Assembly: GCA_951406725.2 (NCBI GenBank)
Contig: OX597815.1
Location: 17,856,001 to 17,920,000, forward strand
Direction of reading: 5' to 3'
DNA length: 64,000 nucleotides
Source of the DNA: Octopus vulgaris
Lineage: Eukaryota
The position numbers and the translations under genes are program-made. Within the stretch, counting starts at the first letter, position 1, and every line of letters begins with the position of its first letter. Below are positions 37,601 to 50,623 of this stretch, piece by piece. Under the pieces are notes generated by a model, which was given only the letters and a program-made list of their open reading frames with translations, ran no database searches and was not told the DNA's origin.

Positions 37601-38017
37601 GCATGTGAGGGGAAAGAAAGAGAGAAAGAGAAAATGTATGTCAGGTGGTAATGTTTATGTACACGGAATTCCTGAACCCGTTCCAAGATTGCCATAGCTA
37701 CTGTTCTTATTAGACAATAATATGTATGCCTGTGTAAGAAACCACTACCAGACGAAGTTTCGAGTTTTTCTCTACTTTCTTTTTCGCCAGTTGCCTCTTT
37801 TGTGTCTCCTGCTTAGAAAACTATTAAATTATAGTGTAAGCAAGTATACTTAAGTTGCAATTGTGTCAGTAGTGCAGAAACTGTAGGAAGGAAAAAATGT
37901 TTGGATCCGACATCCGTCATATAAAGAATAAATTCAATATAAGGAAATCTAATTAACATGGCAGAGGGATACACATTTGGGGGAAGAGGATACACGGTTG
38001 GATCGAACCCTTACATA

Positions 38018-38250
38018 AGGCGGCGAACTGGCAGAAGCGTTCGCACGCCGGGCGAAATGCTTAGCGGTATTTCGTCTGTCGTTACGTTCTGAATTCAAAT
38101 TCTGCCGAGGTCGACTTTGCCCTTCATCCTTTCGGGGTCGATTAAATAAGTACCAGTTACGTGCTGGGGTCGATATAATCGACTTAATCCGTGTGCCTGT
38201 CCTTGTTTGTCCCCTCTGTGTTTAGCCCCTTGTGGGTAGTAAAGAAATAG
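38018..38250 (+). mobile_element. Young monomeric family-B SINE
   Basis: Full head and tail; perfect TSD GGTTGGATCGAACCCTTA. Confidence 0.9.
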
Positions 38251-38994
38251 GTTGGATCGAACCCTTAGAACTTGACTGGTATTAAATTGCTAAAGAATGT
38301 GAAATTAACTTCTTTAGCATTTTAACTTACAACGTAAAGGACCGCAACGAAGCATTGCAAAGCATTTTGTTTAACGCTTTATCTTCTTTTACATATTAGA
38401 AAATGTAAGGGATTCAGTTATTAATCTTTAAGGAAATTTTCTTTATTGTTTTTGATGGGCATAGTTTTCTTGCTTTTTTCTTTTTGGCTTTTTTTTTTTG
38501 GTAACATGAAAAGGTTTGACGTGTTTTAAAGGCTTTTATATTTTGTACTAGTTGACTAGCCTTTTATATAAAGCAGTGACTTCCAATCTTTTTGACTTCA
38601 TGGTGCGTACAGGAAATCCAGTAAAAATTCTTTTATTTAAGATTCTTCACGATGTTTACCGTTTTACAAAATTAAGTTAGAAATTTGGACAAAACAGAGA
38701 ACACAACTGGAAAAAGTCAAAAAGAAAAGAAGAGAAAAAAACGGGAAAAAAAACCCCAAACCCAAAACAATTCACCACCTTGGGTTAAAAATTCGTTGTT
38801 GCGGATAATGGCGAGGTTGATGCGCTCACAGTCCCCAGCTTTGCATAAATGGTTAGTGGGGGGTGAGAGCGATGATGATATTGGGAAGACTTTGGATGTC
38901 GATAATAATTAACTGGTTAGTCTGTGCCAGAGGACTTTTGGATCGAGGACAATGGATAATTTGCAGATGTCTTTGGTCTGTTACTCTCTCTCTC

Positions 38995-39402
38995 TCTTTT
39001 ATTCTTTTACTTGTTTCAGTTATTTGACTGCGGCCATGCTGGAGCACCGCCTTTAGTTGAGCAAATCGACCCCGGGACTTATTCTTTGTAAGCCTAGTAC
39101 TTATTCTATCGGTCTCTTTTGCCGAACCGCTAAGTGACGGGGACGTAAACACACCAGCATCGGTTGTCAAGCAATGCTAGGGGGACAAACACAGACACAC
39201 AAACACACACATACATATATATATATATACATATATACGACAGGCTTCTTTCAGTTTCCGTCTACCAAATCCACTCACAAGGCATTGGTCGGCCCGGGGC
39301 TATAGCAGAAGACACTTGCCCAAGATGCCACGCAGTGGGACTGAACCCGGAACCATGTGGTTGGTTAGCAAGCTACTTACCACACAGCCACTCCTGCGCC
39401 TA
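38995..39402 (-). mobile_element. Family-A SINE
   Basis: Full-length match. Confidence 0.9.
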
Positions 39403-39651
39403 TATATATATTTTTTACACGAATTTATGAAACCCCATATTGCACTGTATTGTATCGCCCTGTATAGTCTTCGATCACTTTTTGCTAACTGTTAGTGGTA
39501 CTGTTCTTGATTGAATTCTTATACACGAAGGTTTTGTGCTAATTCCCCTCCTTGTCCCTTGTGTTGTGTTGACCCTTTTAGTTTTGTGTTCCACACTTCC
39601 GGCCAATAAAAGAAAACATCATCATCATCATCATCATTATTATGATTAAGA

Positions 39652-40095
39652 AGGCGGCGAGCTAGCACAGTCCTTAACGCGCCAGGCAATATGATTAGCG
39701 GCTTTTCGTCCGTCTTTATGTTCTGAGTTCAAATTCCACCGGGGTTGATTTTGCCTTTCATCCTTTTGAGATCGATAACATAAGTACCAGTTGAGTATTA
39801 CGGTCAGTTAAATCGACTTAACCCCTCCCCCAAATAGTTGGCCTTGTGCCAAAATTTGAAACAATTATCATTATAATTAAGGCGGCGAGCTGGCAGAATC
39901 ATGAGCATGCCGGGTAAAATGCTTCGCGGCATTTCGTCTGTCTTTACGTTCTCAGTTCAAATTCCGCCGCGGTTGACTTCGCCTGTTATCCCTTCAGGGT
40001 CGATAAATTAAGTACCAGTTGCGTACTGAGATGGATCTAATCGACTGACCCCTCCCCACAAATTTCAGGTCTTGTAACTATTGTAGAAAGGATTA
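39652..40095 (+). mobile_element. Two tandem family-B SINEs
   Basis: Two GGCGGCGAGCT.GCA heads at ~39652 and ~39880. Confidence 0.8.
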
Positions 40096-40099
40096 TTAT

Positions 40100-40695
40100 T
40101 ATTGTTCGTGATCAGAGATGTACATATCGTCAGCCACCAAGAGTCATGTTCAACTGGTTAAGGTCAAACGACTGACAAGCAAATCTGTGGTATCGAGCAG
40201 AATATTTGCTGTAGCCCATCTTTTATACCAAGACAAAACAATGTACATGAGAACACTTCCAATCAGTTGAGATCAAAAGTCATGAGAGTCGGAGCCTGGT
40301 ACTGCATCAGGGCATTAATTATAAGAAAATTCACAGCTTATTTTGCTGGGTATGAAGGAAAGTGTCAGCTGTCCACAGCCAGCAGACTAAGGCGACACTT
40401 GTTTACTGGTCATGCTTCAAAAACCCTGCGAAGAATTCTTGCAGTTCCAAGCAATGCTGACATATTTTGTAGGTGTTCTACCTTCTCACTTGCACCAATC
40501 TTTTTTAGCCATGTTGGTAGTTGAGTGCTGATACTTCCAAATGCTCCAATTACTATTGGTACCATGTCTACTCTCTTCATTAACCACAACCTTCGTATTT
40601 CCCACTTCAAATCGACATAGTTGTTTATTTTTCTTCTTCTTTCACATTGACCCTGTTGTCATCGGGGCTTGTTATGTCGATTATCATACATATTA
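40100..40695 (-). mobile_element. Dong/R4-clade LINE 3' fragment (restriction-like endonuclease C-terminus plus UTR)
   Basis: CMIIDITSPDDNRVNVKEEEK..YVDLKWEIRRLW..VPIVIGAFG..LGTARILRRV; abuts (ATT)n. Confidence 0.8.
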
Positions 40696-41829
40696 TTGGC
40701 AGAGATACACAACATGGAACTGAGGACCTATCAAAGCTGGTAACAGCGTGGTGAAACATATCTTGGTGGAGGTCACTTGAAGAAATGTTACTTTCTACAT
40801 CGTACATTTAAAATTTTATCTGGAACTGTGGATGTTTTTTAATTTCGCAAGATCAAAAAGTGTCATTTGAACAAAAACGATTGACACTCATTGACTTACA
40901 CTGCCAACCAACACTCAGTTTAGCAAGAAACCTCTTTCAATTGCGAATATTTTCATTCTCAAGATGAACATCGCAACATACTACTACAATAAGAATGGAT
41001 GGTCAGGGCAATAACGAAAACCAAATATTTTGTTCGATAAACTACCTCTGTTTGTTGTCGGAGCACTGCATCCTTCAAAACTTCCATGTTTCCTGAGATT
41101 CGCCAACACTACACCTGATTTTCTCCCCTCCATACACACCCAAGCATGTATTTGACACTGTTCGCTTTCCAGACATTTGTACATTACTGCATATACTTTA
41201 TAGGCACTTTTGTAAAGTTGTGGTGCACCTGAGCGCTGTATACAATAATTTCATTATCATTATTATTATGTTACATTAACATCATCATCAATAATACGTA
41301 TGGAAGCCTCTACGTTGTCATCCTTTGACCTGCTAGAAATAATTGCCAAATTTCTCTTAAATTACACCCAAGAATTGATATTTAATGCTAAGTTGGATAA
41401 TGTAATATTAGATACATGGGCGGAGTTTTGGGTAAGGACGCTCACAGAAGTTGAATTAGCTACGTTTTGACAGCGATTTTTCCAATTTTTCTTTCACCAC
41501 AGCCTTTGAAATAATGATGGGCATCTTTTTATGTATAAAGGTTTTTGAAAATGTATGATTTTTTTTTCATCCTCTCCACCTCCCTCGTAGGGACATAAAA
41601 ATAGAAGACAGGGTAATAATGACCAAAATACTTTGATCATAGGTCTGCTTAATCCGATACAACCTAAGGTTACAATACAATTACAACATAATAAAGATGT
41701 TTTATCATTAAAGATCGTTCAGCATGGTTGTCATTGCTCAACTGATCTATAATAAAACCATTCTAGCCGTGACCACACCAACTATTTTCCTGACATAGTA
41801 TACCTAGGTTTACATTGTCCAATGAGTCT

Positions 41830-42322
41830 TTTATTATTATTGAGTGAGAGAGCAGTGCACGCCAACAAAGTGACACTGGGGTAAAATATACGAAACCCAG
41901 TATACCCATCATGACTACCCGCCTGATAAGGGTACACTAGGCACATGCATATGTGCGCGACATGGTGATCTCGTATCAAGATAAACAGCGCATGACCTTG
42001 CAGGTGGGGCCCAGTTTGAATTTTCTTCTGGTCGAGTAACCTATCCTGCTCAAAAGGTCTCTGAATAAGGGTTGTTTAAGGATGTTGAACGAAACGCCCA
42101 TGTTTTCAGGGGTGAATTATTCAAACACCAAAGAATCCCTCTCAACACATGGCTATGATGCTACCCCACTACTTCTGCTCGTGATCAGAGATGCACATAT
42201 CGTCAGCCAATAAGGGACATGCTCAACTGGTTAAGGTCGAACAACTGACAAGCAAATCTGTGGTATTGAGCAGAATATTTGCTGTAGCCCATCTTTTATA
42301 CCAAGACAAAACAATGTACATT
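41830..42322 (-). mobile_element. Dong/R4-associated 3' UTR repeat with (AAT)n tail
   Basis: Overlaps the UTR sequence downstream of the 40410 ORF; flanked by TTATTATT on both sides. Confidence 0.8.
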
Positions 42323-43827
42323 ATTTTTATTATTATGTTTTTTTCCTTCTTTCTTCAAATTTTCTTCCGTTTCTCGCCGAGTGTTTTCCATACACCTAGG
42401 GTAGAGAAGAGCATTGGATGCATTCCCAGATTACGCGCGCAAATTCACAGGTAAAATATGTATTTAAAAAGGGATACTCATGTCAATTAATAAACACATC
42501 TTTTTTGTCTGATCTTTTATAATAATATCCGGTTTATTAGCTTTTATAGTCTTGTATTATTATTATTATTATTATTATTATTAAGACAGTAATGTATTAA
42601 TTTGGGGTAAGTTTGGCAGTTATTCTTGCATTACATGACCATGTAAAGGATCACTCGTAGGGTTCGTATTCGAAGTGGCCATCAATCATTGTGCCATTGT
42701 AAATTGAAACAAACATGTTATATATAATTAAATTGTAGATATCATTCACGGAGCTCGAAGAACGATTAGCCTAAAGTTTATATTTGTAAGTTGAAGAAAA
42801 ATTGCCCACGGTTTCGGCAAACCAGACATGATATCGATAATCTTTTGTTTGGTTGTTAATATAGGATAAAGAGGGAACTTACAATGGAAGTAGTTAAATA
42901 TTGATATGATTAGGTGACATGTTTAGGGCGAAATATGGATTGCATGCGTATATCAGCGTAGGACAAAAACCGGTACATTCTAACAGAGATAACCAGCAGT
43001 GCTATTTATGCTTGACTGAGTTATCTCCCTTTACGTCAGTGTTCGATTTTAGCATTTGGTATCTTATGAGAACGATGAGATGCCAATAATCGACTGAAAG
43101 AAGCCTGGCAGATGGAACCCAAGCATAGCCGCCATTCAAAAGAAGAATAAAAGCAGATAAACTACTTTTTCTCTCCTCCTCCTCATCTTCCCTCTGCAAT
43201 GATAATTTGTTCTCTTTTGCTCATAGTACAAATCATCATCATCATCATCATCATCATTAGTATTTATTAAATTGATATGTATTAGATGCTTCTTCATCCG
43301 AGAAAATTCCTTTGAAATGTACTCCCTGTTGGTTACCAATGCAAGGATAGAAAAGATATCAATAACGAAGAAATGGGCAGACGAGCAAAAAAAAAAAAAA
43401 ACTTATAAAAGACCCCAAAAAAAAAAAAAAATAAATAAAAGGATCTATAAGAGATAAATGCTGAAACTAATCACTTGGGAGCACAATTCGACCAATCGGA
43501 AACTACTACACAAAAACAAACACAGTTATCATAAACCTGGCCCCACCACCAACACCAACACCACCACCTCCCTCCAATGAATAGCAAAAGTTACAAAAAA
43601 AATTAAGAAACACACTGATGTTTAATTCATGCTTCTTGTAAACAATGTTTATACATCACTGAACAATAAATAAATAAATAAATAAATAAATAAAATGAAA
43701 ACATTAAACCAGGCGTGACCACCAGAGATCTGCTACTTAAAGTAAAACGAAATAAGGATTACGTGTGATGCACTTTTCGCTCGTTTTTGCAACACACATC
43801 GTCAGAAAAAAGTATTTTGACCCAATC

Positions 43828-44213
43828 TTCTCTCTCTATATAAACGGCAGTTTGTCTGTGCGTGTTTCTGTGTGTCTGTTTGCTTGTACCCTCACCCTGA
43901 CCACGGCTTTCAACCGATTCTGATGAAACTTGACACACACATAGCCCAATGTCATAATTCAAAACTAACGTAGCGAAAATTTTGAAAAGTTCCCCCAGTT
44001 CTGAAAAAAATCGATAAATTCGACATGGGGTCGAGAATCAGAAACACAAACCGCAAACTGTCTAGGGGACGCAACTCCACCTTTTTTCACTCTCAAAAGA
44101 AATTTAACATCATTTTTTTCCATTTTTTTGCTATTTTTTGGCTATAACTCTCTAAAAATGCTTTATAGTTATTTCCCTTACAAACCTGAGCAACGCCGGG
44201 CGATACTGCTAGT
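43828..44213 (-). mobile_element. HINE-like element
   Basis: Reverse complement starts ACTAGCAGTATCGCCCGGCGTTGCTCAGG. Confidence 0.65.
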
Positions 44214-44713
44214 ATTAACTAAAATGATTATCTAGATGTAATCGGTAAGTATTTGAGTGCGTTTTGCGTAACTAAAACTACCAGGATTTATTTCTGCCTC
44301 CTTTCAGTAAATTCTTAATGCTTTTTACTCCAAGCCTTGCTCCAGTTTTATTCCTTCTGTCTTCTTTGGTTTATTGCCAAATAAACATGGTTGTTCTTCT
44401 GTAAAAAACCGACATTACTGCTATTTTTAATCTCAGCAGGACGCCTCCTCCAACTGGTTATTCAATGCAATCTGCAACCAATATATATTGCAAGCAGGGG
44501 AGAGAACTCCTACCATCTTCTAGCCACGAGACCTCCAGACTGTACGGTTTTGACCTCTTTGTGATCATCCTCGATGATGGATACTTGTCTGCTAGAGATA
44601 GCAGTAGTTCATTTCAGCTCACAATATATAGAGAACAAGTGACACATAGTCACTGATCTTGCAACTAGCAAATTAGCTCATTAAGAAAATCTCTAAGGTT
44701 CATGATATTGGTG

Positions 44714-45012
44714 CGGAGGCACATGGTCTAGTGGTTAGAGCAGCGGACTCGCGGTCGAGGGATCGCGGGTTCGAATCTCAGACCAGGCGATGTGTGTGTT
44801 TATGAGCGAAAACACCTGAGCTCCACGCACTCCAGCAGAAGGTAATGGCAAACGTCTGCTGACTCTTTCGCCACAACTTTCTCTCACTCTTTCCTCCTGC
44901 ATCTTGCAGCTCACCTGCGACGGACCAGCGTCCCGTCCAGGTGGGGAACCTATACGTCAAGAAACCGGGAATCCGGACCTTATGAGCCATGCATGGCTCG
45001 AGAAGGAACAAA
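44714..45012 (+). mobile_element. Family-C SINE
   Basis: tRNA-like head; TSD CATGATATTGGTGC. Confidence 0.9.
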
Positions 45013-45082
45013 CATGATATTGGTGCTTTCTGATGAAACTTTTAGATAAGCCAGACTTGGTTTTCTCTCTCTCTCTCTCTTT

Positions 45083-45117
<35 letters not shown>

Positions 45118-45747
45118 TACCAGATAATAGAACAATTCTCTGGTTGTTCTGTTTTAATATCATAAATATATAACATATGACAAGATCACAAGTGACCTCT
45201 TTCTATACATTTCATATAAAACTAGAAATTCTTTTAATTGTTGACAGAATGAATTACAGGTGTAGGTTTAATTTTTTTTAAGGCTGTCAAGACAAACATG
45301 AGATAGGATATGCAATATAGTTCAAAATATATTAAAATTCTCCGTAAATCAACATATCTCCAGATTTTAATAACTAATGAGACAAATTATTGGATATTTT
45401 TAATAATGATCTGAAACATTAATAAACAGTAATCACAGCATTTATCAATATAAATCAGAAAATGTACTTACATATTGAGGCTTTTATGGCACAACTTTTA
45501 AACTCCACTATAATTTTAGCAGCATAATTAGCAGCCTGGTTTAATGAAATAAAGAGAGAGAGAAAAAAAGAACAATTAACTATATTTGCGAGAACTAATT
45601 CCAAATTAATAATTAAAAAATAAACACAAAAATGATTTAATGTGAATAATTCTATATATTTATTGGCTTCATTGAAAATTAATTTGGCAATGTTAAATAA
45701 TGTTAAATAACTAAAAAAAAGAAATTTATTGTTAAAAAAGAATAGGA

Positions 45748-46040
45748 ACTGTTGTATTTGGGGATGGTCATGTTGTCAGTTTAGCAAATAAAACACACAC
45801 ACACACTATATACATTTGGTGTTAATTTGCTTCAGCTTTATTTTATTTTTTTACATTAATCTTAATCTTATTTCGGCCAGAGTTCTTTCGTCACACTTCT
45901 GTGACCTCATCAGTGGTTCTTTGCTTTCTCCTTTCTTATTTGTGTGTCTTTTCTTACTACCAATCAGCCATTTTGTATTTTGTATTCCTATTGTATGTAT
46001 CTTTATTTGCGCATGCATATACCCCTATGTGTGTCTATTT
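45748..46040 (-). mobile_element. PLE-type terminal repeat (family of 3654-4168)
   Basis: Reverse complement aligns with ~3880-4168. Confidence 0.75.
45877..45916 (-). ncRNA. Minimal type-I hammerhead ribozyme, canonical core
   Basis: CCA-CTGATGA-G-GTCACA-GAAG-TGTGAC-GAAA-GAAC-TC^-TGG. Confidence 0.75.
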
Positions 46041-46209
46041 TTAGAATGATATTGTAGGGTAGGTGTAAGAGGCCATACCAGGTTGATTTAAACATGGAAC
46101 TGATGGAACATTTGGACTGGATATGGCTGGTTTTAAGGCTAAAGGAAGGTTTTTATTTCCATGCTGGCCACTGATAAGATCGTTATTTAATTTAAATTAA
46201 CATTCTTAT

Positions 46210-46266
<57 letters not shown>

Positions 46267-46269
<3 letters not shown>

Positions 46270-46457
46270 AGAGTTTACGAAAAAAAACAAAAGACAAAGA
46301 CAGGTGGTGTACAAAACAAACAGATGTATTAGTATAACGCTCAGGAATAGAAAAAGTCTTTTACGTTTCGAGCCTACGCTCTTCTACAGAAAGGGACAGA
46401 AAAAAAAACAAAGGGAGAAAAAAAGGAGAGAGAAAAATGTGTGTAGTGGCTAACGAT
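46267..46457 (-). mobile_element. PLE-type terminal repeat inserted in (TA)n
   Basis: Homologous to 26326-26940; carries a hammerhead-like fold. Confidence 0.65.
46358..46393 (-). ncRNA. Minimal hammerhead-like motif with U at core position 6
   Basis: CTTT-CTGTAGA-A-GAGC-GTAG-GCTC-GAAA-CG-TA^-AAAG. Confidence 0.55.
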
Positions 46458-47469
46458 ATATATATGCATTTATGAATTTGTGTTGCAAGACTCCATACAT
46501 ATCATCATCATCATAGACTTTTCCATGCTTGCATGGGTCAGACAGAACTTTCTGAGACAGATTTTCTATGGCTGAATGTCCTTCCTGTCACTAATTCCCA
46601 CCTATTTCTAAGTCAGGTAATATTTCCCATAGCAAGACTTGTTTTCTATGGAAGACAGGAAACAAACATCTTTTACATGACAGTGATGCTTTGTTTACAA
46701 CCATCATGTAATGTCAAGACAAAAGTACACAAACACACACACACACACACATGCATATACACATCTACAGGTTTCTTTTCATTTCTATCTACTCAAATCT
46801 ACTCACAAGACTTTGGTCAGTTCTGGACTCTACTAAAAGACACTTGCCCAAGATGCCATGCGGTGGAACTGAACTCAGATGAATATGGTCAAGAAGTTAT
46901 GCTCATAAATACACATCCGTGCTACTTGTGAGTGTGTGTGTGTGTGTGTGTGCGTGCATCCAGAAAAGGTTATTTCTGTGTGTGTTTCCTCAACATTAGA
47001 AAAGGATAACAGAAAATAATGTTGTCAGGAAATCTCACTTAATCCTATAACAATTATCTCACATCACATTTTGATGGATATACTTTTGCAATCTATCAAC
47101 GAATATTGGCTACTAAACTATTATTGAGTAAGAGATGATGAAGTCTTTAAACTCCTATTATATCACTGAAAATTTCGATGTCAAGTGTCTGTGAAGACAT
47201 TATTTGTCTGAAGAGCAGCTGCCTAAAGATGTCACCAAACTATTATCTCCTTCCTATGTTAAATCAATATATAATGTCATCTGTGAGATAAATATATGAA
47301 AATATTTCTGATTCTGATATATAAATTTGATATATTCAGTTCTGATGAGTATATTCATATATTCCAATATAGAAATATTGGTTGGACATAACTATCGAAA
47401 CTAGTACCAACTCCAAATAGACCAGCTTTAGTATATTAGTTTGAGACAGGAAACAGATACTATGTGTTG

Positions 47470-47980
47470 CCAGCATGGAAAGCAGACATTAAATGATGAT
47501 GATGAGGATGATGATGACGACGGTGGTAATGATGATGATGAGGATGATGGTGATGATAATGATGACGATGGTGGTGATGATGATGACGACGGATGATGAC
47601 GACGATGGTAATGATGATGATGACGATGATGGTGATGATGACGATGGTGGTGATGATGATGATGACGATGATGGTAATGATGATGATGACGACGATGGTA
47701 ATGATGATGATGACGACGATGGTAATGATGATGATGACGATGATGATGATGATGACGATGATGGTAATGATGATGATGACGACGATGGTAATGATGATGA
47801 TGATGACAATGGTAATGATGATGACGACGACGATGGTAATGATGATGACGATGATGGTAATGATGATGATGACGATGATGGTAATGATGATGACGACGAT
47901 GGTAATGATGATGATGACGACGATGGTAATGATGATGATAACGATGATGAGGAGGAAGAGGAGGGGGAGAAGGAGGAGGA
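47470..47980 (+). repeat. Expanded (GAT)n/GGTAAT tail of a family-D retroposon
   Basis: Begins right after GCATGGAAAGCAGACATTAAA, the family-D 3' end. Confidence 0.85.
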
Positions 47981-48424
47981 CAACTGCCCCATAGATGAGA
48001 ACATTACACCAAAAATTTGTGAGAAATAAAACATTTATGGGCAACTGTTCCCCCCAAAAATACACAACTTCTCTATCCTGATTATATATTTACACCAACC
48101 ATTGTTGGTGTGCATGGTCAAGGGTTATATGTTTGTTAAGTAATAATATTGAAAAGGTGAGAATTTGGGGGCAAAAAAAATGAGAGACTACGTGACTCGT
48201 GTTCCGCAGCAAACTGAAAATATGCAATGTCTTTACTGTTGCAGTTATCCAAATTCCAAACGATGGATGTTTGCTTCTTAGTTAGAAAGTAGCCCTTTTT
48301 ATGGGAAGACTTCAAAACTGAAAAAAATAGATAACACACACACACATATATGTATGTGTTATCGTCATCATCATATAACATCGGGTTTTCATGTTGGCAT
48401 GGTTTGGACATGCATATGTTTGTC

Positions 48425-48765
48425 TAGGCACTTGTGCCCATGCTAGTAGGGTGCCAAGAGCACCATTCGAGTGGGATCGTTACCAGCGTCGCCTTACTAG
48501 TACCTGTGCTGGTGACATGTGTAAAAAGATTCGAGCGAAGTCGTTGCCAGTACCACCTGACTGGCCCCAATGCCGGTAGCATGTGAAAAGCACCCACTTC
48601 ACTATCGGAGTGGTTGGTGTTAGGAAGGGCATCCAGCTGTAGAAACTCTGCTAGATCAAGATTGGAGCCTGGTGCAGCCATCTGGTTCGCCAGCCCTCAG
48701 TCAAATCATCCAACCCATGCTAGCATGGAAAGCGGACGTTAAATGATGATGATGATGATGATGAT
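48425..48765 (+). mobile_element. Family-D retroposon 3' end
   Basis: Match to 1315-1720. Confidence 0.85.
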
Positions 48766-49064
48766 TCTTATAACTACCCAGAAATGTTTATATTGCGTAC
48801 TGCAAAAATATATAAGATATCCTCACCTTTAATGTCCATTTTTCTATACTGCCATTGGTTGGGGGTAGTTAATTAAAATAATTATTAAGATTATAAATTT
48901 AGGTCTAGTCATCAGAAAGACACCTATTAACAAAAAGTTATTCAAAATGCTACACATATTTTCTTCTTCAGTCAAGACCCCAATACAAAAGCTATTTACT
49001 GACTTAAAACCCAGAACTTAAATGCTTACTCCTCCATTAATACTATTTGGTATTACTGAAACAG

Positions 49065-49668
49065 AGCAAGAACTGGCAGAAACATTAGCACGCCAGGCAA
49101 AATACTTCGCAGTATTTCGTCTGCTGTTATGTTCTGAGTTCAAATTCCGCCAAGGTCGACTTTGCCTTTCCTCCTTTTGGGGTCGATAAAATTAAGTACT
49201 AGTTACGCACTGGGGTCGATGTAATCGACTTAATCCCTTTGTCTGTCTTTGTTTGACCCCTCTATGTTTAGCCACTTGTGGGTAATAAAGAAATAGGTAT
49301 TTTGTCTGCCGCTATGTTCTGAGTTCAAATTCCGCCGAGGTCGACTTTGCCTTTCATCCTTTTGGGGTCGATAAAATTAAGTACTAGTTACGCACTGGGG
49401 TCGATGTAATCGACTTAATCCCTTTGTCTGTCTTTGTTTGACCCCTCTATGTTTAGCCACTTGTGGGTAATAAAGAAATAGGTATTTCGACTGCTGTTAT
49501 GTTCTGAGTTCAAATTCCACCAAGGTTGACTTTGCCTTTCATCCTTTCGGGGTCGATAAATTAAGTACCAGTAACGTACTAGAGTCGATGTAATCGACTT
49601 AATCCCTTTGTCTGTCCTTGCTTGTCCCCCTCTATGTTTAGCCCCCTTGTGGGCAATAAAGAAATAAG
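49065..49668 (+). mobile_element. Family-B SINE trimer
   Basis: One head and three ~184-bp units joined at AAGAAATAG|GTATTT. Confidence 0.9.
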
Positions 49669-50623
49669 AAGCGGAGCAAGAACTAGCACCGTTTCAGTTC
49701 CAAATGCCTTTTAAATAACACGAGAGAAAAACAGTTAGAAAGAATTAAAAAGATTTCAAATGCAGATGGCACAGAATTGTTGATGTTATCAAAGTAATTT
49801 CGAAACACACATGTAGGCCAAGAAGCATTTATTGGTTCCTATAACTAACACAAAACTACTTTACAAGCGTTTTAAATCCCATCTTGGCAGAAATTTAATA
49901 GCTTAAGATTATTAGTAAACGTTGTAGTAGCCAAAGGATCCTGGCATGGATTGTTATATCACAGCTGCAACTAGAACGAAGTGTGCCAAGAAAGTAATTT
50001 AAAGAAATGTTTCATTTTTGAAATTAGCTGATAGCTGAAAATAGTCATGAAAGATGGCAGCGAGCTCCAATTCAATAACTGTCACTGTTGCACATCACAT
50101 CACTATCACTTGAAAAAAGAATCTAAACATTGCTTTTGGCTATATTTTTTTTTATTTTTACTCTTTCACTTAAAGCATTTGCAGTTGATGTTTTTTTTGT
50201 TGTTTTTTTTTTTTTTTTTTTTTTTTTTTCTTTCTGTAAACAATATCATCTATCAAGAAGGAAATTTTGTGGTTGCTTGTATAATATTAGTTACTTGTGT
50301 TTCTTCTTGTTTTAAATTCTTCACTACATTTTATTATTTTTTTTTTTTGCTCTATGATTCACTGTTTGAAAATATTTTCTTGCTGAAAGGAAAGAAGCAA
50401 CTGAGAGTAAGAGAGAGAGATGGAGAGACAAGTAGAGAACATGGGTTGTTATTGTTTAGCCTCAAGTTAAAACTGACCAAGAACTAAGACCTAAAGAATC
50501 ACAGCCATTATCATCTCCAATCTATTTTTTTCATTTTTCAGACACAGAATATCTAGAACAACATTAGCTAATGAGTTCTTTCTCTAATAAAACAGAATGT
50601 GTCTTAAGACTATATTTCTATTT

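Noticed and set aside
34311-37697. Long Cys/Val/Tyr/His-rich ORFs
   Set aside because: They are translations of (CA)/(TA)/(CATA) microsatellites.
43918-43932. CTGATGA motifs at ~43920, ~45030 and ~47342
   Set aside because: There is no stem II-GAAA-stem III-stem I arrangement around them, so they are not hammerheads.
47493-48029. 178-aa Asp-rich ORF (DDDDDGN)n resembling acidic biomineral proteins
   Set aside because: It starts exactly at the (GAT)n tail of a family-D retroposon end. There is no signal peptide or splice evidence, and several frames are open simply because of the triplet repeat.
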